Source: Mizuhopecten yessoensis (taxonomy: Eukaryota). From it: DNA of 64,000 nt. The DNA is taken from assembly GCF_002113885.1 (NCBI RefSeq), contig NW_018480057.1:575891-639890 (forward strand), given 5' to 3'. Positions within the stretch are counted from its first letter, which is position 1, and each line of letters opens with the position of its first letter. Under the pieces are notes generated by a model, which worked only from the letters and a program-made list of their open reading frames with translations, searched no databases and had not been told where the DNA came from. A program made the translations under genes and the position numbers. This document shows, piece by piece, positions 29,701 through 44,700 of the stretch.

Positions 29701-32700
29701 TCTCTGTGATGTTCCTCTTCTCCTTAAATTGAAAAGTGTGTTTAATATTGACATTTATGCCCATAAGAACAACAAACGAGATAAATAATATCACTTTTGT
29801 CGATTCATGATGATACATAATACTCTATACTGTCGACTGAACTGCTAGTCCTCATGGTTGGTCGTACTCATTTTAGCTGGAATTTATTATGGCACGGTTT
29901 AAATGAACTGCTAGTTAAGAATACCTTACCTAGTTATAAAGGGTTGCATAAGTATCTTTCCTCATTTGATATTTACAAAAAAATAATTAAAAAAATGGGA
30001 AATGTTTAAGACATGAATTTCCGACCTTTTGACCGTTTCTACCACTGATAAGTCTTAGATGGACAAGTTGGCAATTTCATTTGCAGTAAACGTGTTTAAT
30101 TTGTATGCCTTTCTGCATTGATTTACTAAACATTAAATGTGTGTTTCTTTACTTCGTATTTCTAGTGTGTATTGAAAAAACACCGACTTATATGATTAAC
30201 TAAATGTAAACATAAATTATTTAAACGCATTTAAACAGGACAAGCTTAACGACGTTCTTACGTACAATTTCATTTCAAGGTAGTTTTTCTGATATCTCAC
30301 CAAAACTTAAATCAAATAATGATGAAATGTTAACACCGAGGAACACAGTTTAACGACAGTTTGTATGATGTTTGTTACTGAACGTGAGGCTTCGTTTTGT
30401 GGATTTCTTTTAATCTAGCCATGTTGCATACAATGATAAAGGAAGGGGAAAATAATGAAGTTGTAACCTTGTTCACAAGGTGTTGACCTAACCGAACTGG
30501 ACCAAATTGCTCATTGCATCATAAGTTTCACAAAACAAAGTTCATGGCAAATATTTTCGGAATATAAAAGTTACCATTGGACATATTTTGATAAGGCCAT
30601 CACACCTGATTTCATATATACATAAAGTCAACACAATTGTACTGATTGGGGATTTGATTTTAAAAGAAAATTTCATTTAATCGACATGTAAAGCTGACAA
30701 TACACTGAGCAAGCGGTTCATGAACTGTTTGTAAGTTTACCTCTTCAAAGTTGGCATTAATGGCCGTGTCAAGAATGCATTGACAATGGGTCTTGTACAT
30801 CATCACGAACGTCTCTACCTGGAATGACAAGGGAGGTAATTAGTCAGGTACCACCCCTAAACCCGTGTCCGGGACTGATAAACAGCTTCCTAATATCGAG
30901 TCTGATAAGACTAATGTATACCCTGGGAAGATAGAGCGACACATTAGGGAGATAGGACTTAAATTTACGCGGATTTAACTTTCTTGTCTATTCTTTTGTT
31001 TAATGTCAATGGACGTAAAACCAGGACCCAGTTCCCGGGTGGGGGCACATTTTGTATCTTAATTGTCTTATTTCTGAGTTATTTATGTTATCAGTTCTGA
31101 CAATCATCTTTTATATATGTCATACAAATTGCTACGATATCATATTAGTCAATGTTTGTTTATATATAAGCATACATTTCGAAGAAGATACATTTGATAA
31201 ATTTCAATTTAATTATGGTATATGAATCTTGATTAACAAGCGGAACAATACCGTATAGATTTATTGATTTGAAAGTTGTAGCTGCAGATGAAAAATTAAG
31301 AAACCCTGAAAACAAAATATACCGCAGTGTCAATACAGAAGGACAACCCAAAACTGATTGAGACGGGCTCAATGTATGAGTCATTTTTGTCCAAAACACA
31401 GTCTAACTCATGTTTCAAAACCATAAAATACAGGTGATACCGGAAGGGCCAGAAAGGGAGGGCTTAATGCTGGTTCTAAGGCTAACATGTAAGCCTCACA
31501 ATACAGACCGAAGTAAATAAATCACCGTCGGATTTATATAATAGTATACTGTGAAAGAAATAAATCCGTCAAAAGTCAGGTGCATCTGGCAATTACGTAT
31601 AGCCATAGGTCTGTATTGTGTATACAACTTAGGAATATTTGCACCTTGTAACAGAGGGCGAGTACTGTCGACAGGACAGTACGGTATTCAGGACTGTTTC
31701 AAAGCTTACGTTATCTAGCCTCACGTTCAATACGGCAGTCAATAGACACAGTAGTGAGGCCAGTATATTTAGTGGAACTGACATACGGTGAAGCTAGAGA
31801 AATTACCTTCATGATAAATTCTGAAATGATACATTTTTCCTTTTACAAGTTGTAAGGCTGGACCCACAGTGTAAACATTGCGGTGTTTGAACAGGACTAA
31901 ATATTGTTAGAAGCATTTCACCAGAAGAATAAGAGTGGATTTGTAGGCAATTAATAATGCGGCCGTGAGCGCGGGGTTTATCAGTGTTTCAATAAACAGT
32001 TAAGGAAATTCAATAAAATGTATCAGCTCCAAGAGGATACTCAACACAGAGCTGTATATAAATTTACCTTGGGTTCGAAATCAACTCTCAAGGCATGTAC
32101 TAGTTTAATAAAGATTCCAATTATTATGGAATTAATATTCGCGATGCTGTTATCAAGGCAGTCATTTGCCAAACCCTTAACAATTTATTTTGTTGCCGAA
32201 GCGTTTATGTGACGTACACGTGCGCACAAATGTAATTAAGCAAATCTCGTAAATCAAAGGTGCACCATCCATCATTAGGTCAGCATTTCAGTAACATTAC
32301 CAAGTGAACCGTTAAGACGGATTTCAAATACAAACATATCTAAGATAAATCCATCATGTATAACTTATAATACCGGTTTTGCAAAATCATTATCCATGAT
32401 TTATCTATTAGAAATTAATAACAGCTGGTTTGGGTGAGGACTTTAAAATTTAAACAGTGAGGTACCCGTGTAACAAAACAGCTTCATTTTGAGTAATGTC
32501 GAAAAATGTCAGTGAAGTTTGATAACAAAAGTGTTTATTAGAAAAAAAATATTTATGAATATATATGTAAAGAAAAATGAAAATACATTACCTTTTCCCG
32601 CGGGACTGAAAGAGGAAGAATAAGATATTGCGCATTGGGAAATTCGGGCAGCAGTGTTCCCGTCTTCGAACTTAATGTATATTTCCGTGTGAAACCTCCC

Positions 32701-35700
32701 TGAAAGACACAAGAAAGATATAACTTAGTGATTTCAGAAATAAGGAGATAACTATCTGATATGCACAAAAGTTATAGTAAGCATACCAAATAGAAATTTA
32801 TCTTAAATACACTGTCTTTTTATGCTATTCTGACAAAAATTTACAAATCCAACAAATTCTTAAAAACACAAGGAAAAAATAAGAAACCAATTTGACAAAA
32901 CAAATAAAAACCACATTTGGTATAAGATGTGAAAAGACGAAAATCTTCATTAATAACGAATGCGGTACCAAAATTCCAGAATTCCGAAATGAATGTTATT
33001 ATATTTGATGGTTGACAGTTTCAGCGGAAATAATTTCTTAAAGCATAAAAAATTCGTCATTAAAAATAATTTTAAAAACAACAACAAAACATCGGAGGTG
33101 TAAACATATTAACTGCTATCAAAAGTATCACTTTCAAAACACATTAATAAAAATAAATATATTTTGATAGAAATTAAAGGAATACAATTACAATACATTT
33201 TGTTGTGCTGGGATTTAAGTAAACTCTTATAATAACCCTATTAAAATACCAACATTAGTGAGGCCTGCTCCATTTGAAGTGGTACATTTTAGCGTTGGGG
33301 TTGTAGTTGCGTTATGGTATCTTGTACATCACCACTTGTGTTTGTTGTAAGAGTTTGTTTGCCTATCGATAGTGCTGTGATATATATGTAGTTAGTATGA
33401 TATGATAACCTCTTGGGCCCGTAAATGATGCGATACGACGATGTTAGATGCTTGATACAGCTTTATTAGGTCTATTTGCGATTCGCGGTTAAAGACGGGC
33501 GTGCCTCGGTTGGTGGCGACAGCGGAGGGATTTAAGTTATAGTGAAATTGATAGTTGGATAATGTTTGAATGTTGTGATAAATTATAAAATAAACAAAGT
33601 AGATGTGAAGTCAGTAAAATGGATAAAGAGAAAGTATTTGTAAATAGAAATCATAACAAATAAATTCGAGATAGTTCCGGCTTTTATCTTCCTTACGAAT
33701 AAACATACGAATCAGTAACCAGTCTCTCCTTATCAATTAGGGAGGTGTACCTGTGTAGATATATATCTTATTGACAGAAAGGTCACATCATGTCTCAAAA
33801 CGACGATTTATATAATGCACTTTAATCTTTTATAATAGACTTCTGATAGAATATTCCATGCTTTTATTACAAGCATTTCTATTTTATTGTTTATTGTTGA
33901 TAAAAATATTCAATATCTAAATGCATCACGATGAAAAAAAGTGTGATGGTGTCTTGTAAAGGATATTGGGGATGGTTTGTAAGTGACAACTGAATATATC
34001 CTTATGTATTTTCTAAAATTAACAATAAAACAGGATCAAATTTCGACTTATTATCTTTATTATAAGGTACGATATATAATTAACACTATATTTTCTTTTT
34101 ATTACCAAATTCAAAATTAGTTCAATTACGACAAAGATTCGCGAAAGTACAGTTTAGTATCACTAGGCACGATAGCTTAAAAGGAAAGTAAATAGAAATT
34201 TTCGTATAACGCAATTTAATTATGTAATGAATATGTAAATGAATCTGATACAAATGTTCTGCAGTAGGGTAAATAACTACTGTTTTTCTATAGTTGAGAA
34301 TTGAAAATCTCGGGATTCATTTAGTGTTTGTTAAATGGTAACCTATAAAATTTCAAAGAATTGATCAACATTTTTAATAAAAAAAAAAATTGTCCAGACA
34401 AACGTAACGTCCTCCTAGAAAATTATGGAAATTAATCACAATATTTCTTTTTCCACCACAAAAACTGTTGTGCATCGAATACTTTTGGTCCTGAAACAAA
34501 CGATAACTTCCAGGTAGCTGTCGCCGGCTTGAGGTGATAAGGCAACATCATAAAGAATGCTCTGACTCAATACCATGGTGATACCTCTTGAGTATTAGTA
34601 TGTTAACAGTGCAATAGGAATACATTCCTTAACCAAGAACATCTACCTAAATATATTATATTCGCCGGAGGATAGGGATAGGGTGTATAAATGTCACGAG
34701 AAAAGCACGGATTTTAGACGATTAAATTTGGTGACAGATTTTAGCCGGAGTTTGCTTCTAAATGATCCAACGTCTACAGAAATAAGGTAGCTAAAAGGAG
34801 TTTTGACTTTGATGCGGTTTTCGCCTAAAGTGGGCTTTTGAAGATTAGAGATAACACATTGAGTCTGTGATTGGTGTGACGATGAAATTCCGTATCGGTC
34901 ATCCCTCTACCCCACACAACAGCTACCAGCCACAAGGACGTTAAGTCAACCCATGATTAATGTATTAACTGTATTATTATACCCTAGGCAATGTACTGTA
35001 GAAACAACGTCAATAAATTACGGCAGTATTTTGTGGTGGAATTGGATATTGTTTTTTTATTTTTATATTTCATTAAAAAATCATGTATTTCTTATTCATA
35101 CACCACGTAGGAGTAATTAATCAAGTGTTTACTTATCCAGGCCGGAAATAATGAATGTAACCATTTTATTCACTCCACATAGACTGAAAAAATACATTAC
35201 GAAAGTGAAACTCAAAAAAAATGAAGAAAGAAACGGTTTCTTACCTCGTTTTTAAGTTTGCATCCAGAAAATCTGTAAAAAATATAAGACAAGATTAGCC
35301 ATTTTAACAGTAGGTATTATAAAACAATATTTAAAAACTTGCCACGCAGTGAGCTTAAAACATCACCAGGTTCCACGGTAGAAGTTAATAAACGATCGGG
35401 GGAAATTGAAAATAACACTAAATAGAAGCAATGGCTAGAGAATGCCAACAAGATGATCCATAGTGTAGCAATGGCTAGAAAATGCCAATAAGATGATCCA
35501 TAGTGTAGCAATGGCTAAAAATACCAATAAGATGATCCATAGTGTAGCAATGGCTAGAAAATGCCAATAAGATGTTCCCTAGTGAAGCAATGGCTAGATA
35601 ATGCCAACAAGATGATCCCTAGTGTAGCAATGGCTAGAGAATTCCAACAAGACGATCCCAAGTAAAGCAATAGTTAGAGAATGCCAACAAGATGATCCCA

Positions 35701-38700
35701 AGTGTAGCAATGGCTAGAGAATCCCAACAAGATGATCCCAAGTGTAGCAATGGCTAAAGAATGCCAACAAGATGATCCCAAGTTTAGCAATGGCTTGAGA
35801 ATTCCAACAAGATGATCCCTAGTGAAGCAATGGCTAGATAATGCCAACAAGATGATCCCAAGTGTAGCAATGGCTAGAGAATCCCAACAAGATGATCCCA
35901 AGTGTAGCAATGGCTAAAGAATGCCAACAAGATGATCCCAAGTTTAGCAATGGCTAGACAATGCCAACAAGATGATCCCTAGTGAAGCAATGGCTAAAGA
36001 ATGCCAACAAGATGATCCCAAGTTTAGCAATGGCTTGAGAATTCCAACAAGATGATCCCTAGTGTAGCAATGGCTAGAGAATTCCAACAAGACGATCCCA
36101 AGTAAAGCAATAGTTAGAGAAAGCCAACAAGATGATCCCAAGTGTAGCAATGGCTAAAGAATGCCAACAAGATGATCCCAAGTTTAGCAATGGCTTGAGA
36201 ATTCCAACAAGATGATCCCTAGTGAAGCAATGGCTAGAGAATGCCAACAAGGTGATCCCAAGTGTAGCAATGGCTAGAGAATGCCAACAGGATGATCCCT
36301 AGTGAAGCAATGGCTAGAGAATGCCAACAAGATGATTCCAAGTGTAGCAATGGCTAGAGAATACCAACAAGATGATCCCTGGTAAAGCAATGGCTAGAGA
36401 ATGCCAACAAGATGATCCCTGGTAAAGCAATGGCTAGAGAATGCCAACAAGATGATCCCTAGTGAAGCAATGGCTAGAGAATGCCAACAAGATGATCCCA
36501 AGTGTAGCAATGGCTAGAGAATGCCAACAAGATGATCCCAAGGAAAGCAATGGTTAGAGAATGCCAACAAGATGATCCCTATTGAAGCAATGACTGCAGC
36601 AGACGTATTAACGGTTTGTGACGTCCGCCACTTTGAGACAAACTGTGAGGCCAAAATGTACTCAAAAATAGTTAATCTGATTCAAATTAAACAAACATGA
36701 TTTTAATTCGTTTAATAAGCAAAAATTGGGGCTTTCAAAACATTCAACAATTTCATTTCTTATTTTTACTTTTATATATATTTTCAAAAGTTTGTACCAA
36801 GATTGCCACCTAGTTAATCCGCCAAAACCTCAATATATACATTATCACAGTTTTTACTTCACTCAAACAAGCGAAGACAATGATATTAGGTACATGCACA
36901 ATATATATTGTCTTGCATCTTAAGTAAAACAAATGTCAATTTCGTATCATCATAAGTAATAATTTCCCAACTGGATTTGCTTTGACATCAGGCAGATGTG
37001 CACTGACTGTTCCCAGAGTGTTGGAACATTGCTGCCGGAAAGACCGGAATTTGGATCACAATGAAAACATTTGCGCTCCTGATAACACCGGAATACGGGG
37101 ACTTAGCCGGGATATTAAAGTGTGGTTGGTCAGAGCATAACAAAGATAATATAATTACATATACACGTGTACAGATAAGAGAATACAAAGAAATTTAATA
37201 TAGCGCTTATTTGTTTATCCAACTGAATATCTCTTTGCGGCATCAAAGTGAACAGGCAGAAATTGAACATGTTGTATTTATTACTATACTCTTAATAAAA
37301 TACATACGATTTGTTTTAAACAATTGGCTTAAACTAGAAGTTTTATATACAATAAAGGTAACAAAAAAATGATTTAGTATATAATAAGAAAACATTTCAT
37401 GTATGCCATATATAGAAATGCGCAAAGAAAGTATTTGTATAAATTAAGAATGACAAAACAGATTCATACAGTAGTTTTTAAGCGAAATGATAAGTTTCTT
37501 ATTTGTCCAGAATTGGCATTATTGCGTGACTGGCTTTCCTGCCAAATTAACAGTAATAGTTCCATGAAAAGAAAAATATTTCCATTTTAGATTGACGTAA
37601 CAGCCGCCGATGTGAAATGTTACCCTGAAGACTATTCCATACAATGTCAATTTCAACAGGGTAAATTGGAACTCAGATCTTTTTGAAAATTTCTTTAGAT
37701 GCAAAAATGGTAATAGTTTCATTCTTTATTTTGCGGTGCGGATATCCGGAAATAAGAAAATTATAAAACGAAGTATTCACAAAATCTGAGCGATTACCTA
37801 TTGATAACTAAATAAAACGTGATATAACCAAGGGAATTATTTTCAGATAAAGAAACAATCCTTTTGTTTGTTAAGGAATAATCCGACACACTGTATTCAA
37901 ACTTCTGTATGGTTTATACGATACGTTTCAAAATCCACAAGGCGTCTATTTTTACATTGCCAACTAATACTATTAACCAAAACACAAGAAACACAAAATT
38001 GGCGTCACCATATAATGTCTAAAAACTTATTAATGTTCAAAAAAAAAATAAAAAAATCCTTAAATAATTCTCTTATTAACTTTGACTCACATCTGTTTTT
38101 TGAGGTTTATTTGGATGGCATTATTAAGTTCTTACATTGAAATTAGTTATGTAGAGTGTAATATTCTTAAGCATTGAACTGTTTTTGTATGGTATCTGTT
38201 GTCTGACTCTTATGTTCTTTTTTAACTTATAATTTATATTTAAAACTAAAAATTCCCGCCTTTTCGACAGTCCACACAATCTCGTTCAATAATTTGAACA
38301 GCGTATTGTCGCGTGCTGATTGGCAAACAAAATGGTACTTTGAAATGTTAACAAACACTTCATTTTTATTCCACAATTCAGTATCAATACAATTGCGTTT
38401 GATATGTCTATAGGGTGATTTAAGTCTATCAAAAGAAATCTGAGCTGAAGTTTCCCCCGGAACAAATTTCGCGCATGGATTAATACAGTGAACACCTTGA
38501 ATCCGACCTTGACCTCCACGAAGGAGTTATTTTTGGAAGTTAATTCGAAAGTTTCTCTTTGCTCAGAAGCATCCAGACGTGAATACATTTGTTGATTGTA
38601 TGGGAATCTGACTACAGTCGGTAAATTATATAACAGACTCGTTATTTGACATGTCGTGATCAGAAACTGAGGAAACCGTGGCTGCGAGACGCGTGAAACT

Positions 38701-41700
38701 GATATCGTTTCAAGTGAGTGATCTTGCGACGGAGCACAGGGGTTCGTTACAAATGTCTGAAATGTTTATGTGTGCTGTGACTCATATCAGTAGGTCTGTA
38801 GAATATGTGTAGTTCAGACATTTGTATCGAACCCCTGTTGATCAGTGCAGTGTAACAGACGATATTTCTGATAAATTGCATGAGTGTTAAAATTGTGTCC
38901 TTTGTCGGCATTGATGATTTCAACCGATGTGCATTTTGTACGATATTGCAGACCTTGGTCTTGTTTTTGTTGTAATAAAAGTATTTTTTATTTACTTTTT
39001 TCTTTCGCACATAAATTTACAATGACATTGTCAAGTCTCACAACGCCAAGCGATATTTCAGCAGCCGTCACGTTTATTTACATTGGATATTGTAGTTCCG
39101 GTCAGTGTTGTATTAATACGCTAAGAATTGTGTCTCGTGCTGCATGGTAATTAAAGTCCCATCAACGACACAGTATTTTCGTTCAATTTCAAACTTTTGA
39201 GATGATCATAACATTCAAATTTATATAGAATATATTCAGGAATATAACTACCTTATCAGGTAATAATGAGAAAAAATATACCAAATACGACAGTGATAGG
39301 GTTCTTCCTTTTTTGTGTTTTGAACATATAGTTTTGTGGATATGTTTTACTACGGCAACACATACGTCATATAATTACGGTTGTTAAGGAAACAATAGCA
39401 ACGAAATAGACAAAAGGAAAGATAAGATACTCTTAGCATCACAATTGGAGGCAGATACATATTTGAGAGCTACAATACATTATGAAAATGATGATATATA
39501 ACGGTTCTCCTGATGTAAGTGAAGCAGTAAAAATCATGGATTCAAAAAAAGTAGATTTTATTTTTGACAAGTTTATATTTGACAAATAATTAAGTGTGAA
39601 GGCTAAGCGGTGCTTGTGCTAGATTTGGGCATGTTTATAACTTTTATTACGAGCCTTCCATTGTATGCTCTCCCCCACTTGATGTAAAACGCATTTTATA
39701 AGATGGCTATTAACAATTTCCATGGGGGTAAATTGATATTTTATAATATTGAAATAAAACAATGATATGCATGATAGCTCATATAATTGAAGATTTGTAA
39801 TAAACGACATTGAGAGGACTGGTTATAAAGGTATCAGCTCCACTTATAAACGTGTACGAGTGCAGTATAAGCTATATAAATCTGTGAAAATACACAGTGC
39901 ATCATAATAATTCCTTTCTGACATAAATCATCGCCATTACGTTACCCTAAATCCTGACATGTCATGACGCTCACGACACAAGTTACACAATATATTGGAT
40001 TCTTAAGAAATAAAACGTGACTAATAGCAAATATCGTCATTCCAAATTAAGTAAAAACCACCACCACGAGGTGATGTCCTTTGAAACTGAAAAAGCCCTT
40101 ACTTTCGAACTAATACTGAAATATACAGTTACTTCTGAAGATTTACAACTGCCATTTCTGAATTGCTCAAAGTGTTGAAAATAACGACTTCAAGAGATCA
40201 TCAGCGCCTATCGTGGCACAATGTACACTTTTTAGGAGGGAAATTTACATCACTGCACCATATACCTGTCTACAGAAGACCGTTCGCACCTAAGTTTTGC
40301 TGTTACATAACTGTGGAGGTCACAAGGTCCTCCGTAAATTTACACAAGTATGAAGAGTAAAACCAAGGTGTGTTAAGTATCTAGCTTATACATTGGACTC
40401 TCTTAAATTGGTGTGAATAGACAAGGCAACATTTGTTATGAGTGGAGAGTATACATCTAGACAGGGTTTTGTAGCATGATCTTACCTACGGATTACATAT
40501 TATATAAATGAATGCTGTAAAATATCGCGCTTGTAACAAATTTGTCATCATAATCTTCATGTAAGTGAACATGGAAAGTGTGAAAGGGGAAGATTAACGT
40601 ACAATGCTACCATGTACCTTTTGTTATCGAATGATACCATAGATCTCCAGGGGGTGGGATGGGGATTGTTAGTGTTGTAATTCATCAAAATATTTATGAG
40701 GAAAAATATGGTTTACAATGGACATTTATATATACTCTGCCTTGTGGGCAAAAATCAAGCAAAGGCTTTCATATTCTTTTAGTAATAAAGCTACCGAATA
40801 CGTATCCAAACGGTATTAGGTCGTTTACTTATGTGACTAATACTCGCAACATAACAGTGAAAATAATTCATCACATGCACGGGGTATTGTACTGTAGATA
40901 ACATTTCGTAAAGAGTATTTTTACGGTTAAATCGAAAAATATTTATTTAGAATTTTTAACTACCCTTGATTAATAACATTTCTATTATTAGTAGCATTCG
41001 TTAAGTCAAATTTCTTGTCAGTCATATGATTTACGCTCTCATTTAGGCCTGGTTTCTTACTTTTGTTAAGATTTCTCCTCATCCTAAGCAATGCTTTCAC
41101 CTCAGAAAAGTTAATACGAATTTAACCTTGTTACGTTACTCATATTTTGGTCATAGACAAACGATGTTTTTTCATGCTTTTTTACATGTGTTGATTTAAT
41201 TACAGTGTTTTTAACCTGATGGTTGTATGTGTGTTCTTGTTACTTTTCAATTTGGAGGAAATACAGAAATAATAATAATAATGAATAAAGGAAACAATAT
41301 ATTAGTTTAGATGTTACTTGAAAATAAAATAGATATATGTTAATTATCAGAATTAACTATGACAAGAGTTATAAAATTAATAAAGGTTTTGACATAATCT
41401 TTGCGTCTCCTCCATGATATAACATGTGCAAAAGTGTCGTTCAATAAACAACATCTGTTTTATCGAAGATATGAGTAAAAAATATTTAATCTATTTCTTC
41501 AATTCAGTTGTGTAAAGCATTGTCAGCTAATGATATACAAAGGTAAACTTTGAATATTGAATACCTTCATGACTATTTAAACTGACAAAACGCAACTCCT
41601 GGGGTTCAAAATGATAACCGTGAGATATTATACATAGTAATGGTCATATATCTACGGACAGTTTTAAAATATAAAATTTGAAAAGAAAATCGACCGAAAG

Positions 41701-44700
41701 TATCCTTAAGGTAAGGAAGATACAAGTGAATCCCTGTAATCTTACCTGGTTAGACCCTTTCCAGTGTATACTGAGTGGTAGTATTGGCTAGTCTCTTGGA
41801 TCCCTATACCGTAGTAATGGTATCTGAAAACACAACATATCGAGTTCAAATATACATTTATAGACAATAGTGGTATAGAGACATTGTAAATGTGTAAGAT
41901 AAAATTCGTTTTAAAATTACTTATCAGACTCAGTTCTTTTTCATTGTTCGAGAATTTGGGAAAACAAAATCCATATCATAGATATATATTGTTATTGTTA
42001 GACTTCAAGATTTGCAAACGACATTTTCTATAATTTCGTGAACACAAACAGAACAGAACTTACATAGGCGTAGCATGTTGCAACCCATTTAATGTACCAT
42101 CTTTGAATAACATTTGTCGAAATGAAGGACTAGTAAAGATTATAATCACTGTACGCATTCAAAAGTACCTCTTTCTTTGTATATGGTATTTCTCGCGTGA
42201 ACGCAAGTTATTTTCGTGACACCATAACTCTAGAAGTCATCAGTCTAGTAAACTAACAAATTAAACCAAACAATCACGTTACAGTAAATTTCAACACTTT
42301 GATATAATTTCAATTTCAAACATTTGTAAAATTCAAGTAGACCCATTTAAAGGGGGGAAATTATGTTTTCTTCAAAACCGAAAAACAGTCAATTTGAGTC
42401 AAATGCCTATTACAACAAACCAACATCGCTGTGGTTTCCAAAAAGGCATACCAAACCGAGTTACATTATTTTGACGTCACTATCGTATGACGTCAATAAC
42501 TGTATGGTGACGACATTAAACAATCATCGTATACTTACTTGGAATGACCTCGTGTTCCTAATCGTCTTGTCGTGAGATGTGGAAACTTCTGACGAATCGT
42601 CTACAATGATTTATTAGATCGGTTAACAAAGTCATCATATGTTACAATTAACGTTGCCACATTGTAATTACCATAGCGACTGTATGTGTAACTCGGACAA
42701 ATTGAATGTATCCCAATCCGGAAACTTCAGTCATGCATTAGCATGTTTCCCCTTTGCATCGTTTGAATTATTCGAAAATAAAAGTATTCTGCAATTTGAC
42801 ATCCATTATGCCAATATTTCCTGTTTAAAATATACTTCGTTATTGGTAGATCAGAATGAATCAGACTAGGTCTTACTAAGCCGTATCATATACTACTTGT
42901 ATAATTCGTAAGTGTATTGAAGGATGCTGACGAATGTCTGAATCTTTCCGATATACATGTCCTACTGTGACCTTACCTTGCCAAATGTTGCTGCACATGC
43001 CGGCTCCAAGGATTCTCTCCGACAGAAGTCGAGGTAATGTGCGTACAGAATACATCTGGGTAGACACACGCCTTCACAAATACAGTAGTTTTCTTCTAGC
43101 CTGTAACAAGTTAACAATAAAACCCAGGTTCAATACTGACATAGTTATAAGCACCTACAACAAGTTAACAATAAAACACAGGTTCAATACTGACATAGTT
43201 ATAAGTGCCTACAACAGGTAAACAATAAAACCCAGGTTCAAAACTGACATAGTTATAAGTGTCTACAACAAGTTAACAATAAAACACAGGTTCAATACTG
43301 ACATAGTTATAAGTGCCTACAACAGGTTAACAATAAAACACAGGTTCAATTCTGACATAGTTATAAGCACCTACAACAAGTTAACAATAAAACACAGGTT
43401 CAATACTGACATAGTTATAAGCGCCTACAACACGTTAACAATAAAACACAGGTTCAATTCTGACATAGTTATAAGCGCCTACAACAAGTTAACAATAAAA
43501 CACAGGTTCAATTCTGACATAGTAATAAGCGCCTACAAGTTAACATAAAACCCAGATTCAATTCTGACATAGTTATAAGCGCCTACAACAAGTTAACAAT
43601 AAAACACAGGTTCAATTCTGACATAGTAATAAGCGCCTACAAGTTAGCATAAAACCCAGATTCAATTCTGACATAGTTATAAGCGCCTACAACAGGTCAC
43701 CAATAAAACCTAGGTTCAATACTGTCAAAGCTGTTATTGTTTACATAATTGATTAGTGCGATATAACGTCTTCGGAACAGTTAAAACATATGACAATGGT
43801 GGGGTTAGACTAGAGGTTTGTAAAGGGTCATCACACTGAAATGTATTAGCTTGGACACAGTTGGGTGACACTCTATCCGCTGATATTATACTGTCACTGG
43901 CCAACCAGAAGTGTCTAGGAAGACATCAACAAAACGACAGGTACAGGTCCTCAGTGATACAAAGGGGCAGCATACCAATGTTACAATGTTTGATGTCCCC
44001 TGACACCCAGAGTCTGATTGGAACAATATATGAGTTTCCTAATACGATCAATACAGTAGAACAAATAATTCAAATGTCCTCAAAACAGCAGAGGGTTTAT
44101 CATTGTAGACATTACATATAAAGAAAATTTGTTTTTACCGACATCTGACACCCTGTATTATCCAACATCATTTGGCAGCAACCCGACCCAAACTTAGCAA
44201 TTGCTTTCAGGAAAATGCTATTCTTGATCAAATCATTTTCCTTTCGTTTGTGCTGAACGAAATACATGTTACTCGTTAACTAACTCTTAAACACCAATCT
44301 GATAATTTGATATAGAATAGGGATAACTGAGGTAAAATATTAAAAAAAAGACGTGTGACCTAGTGGTTAAAGGAAGCAGTGTCGTAGCTACCAATGGACA
44401 GTGGAGGCATTTGACTTCATATACATTTCTTAATAATACAATTTCTGTTTTTCTCTGATTGTTAAACCATTGTCTTCACATATATTTCATATGCATGCGG
44501 TGTATGTGCGTGTTTCGCTTAATAATTATTTCCCATTTCCCGTCGTTAATGATCCGTTCCCGACACGTCAAGAGTGCTGACAGTGGTCGATTGCTGTTAT
44601 CATTTACGTTATTCTGACGCCTGACAGGTTTTAAAATGTTCAAAATCATTTTCAGTGGGTGAAAGGGGGGATTGCCCCCCTGAGCCCTCTAGTCCCTGTC

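Noticed and set aside
35317-36150. Repetitive minus-strand ORFs (MLHLGSSCW...)
   Set aside because: Translations of the 40-bp minisatellite; no domain or splice support
35425-36592. GTAGCAATGGCTAG in the 40-bp unit resembles an RFX X-box (autoregulation idea)
   Set aside because: Only 10 of 14 matches to GTTGCCATGGCAAC and no intact RGYAAC half-site
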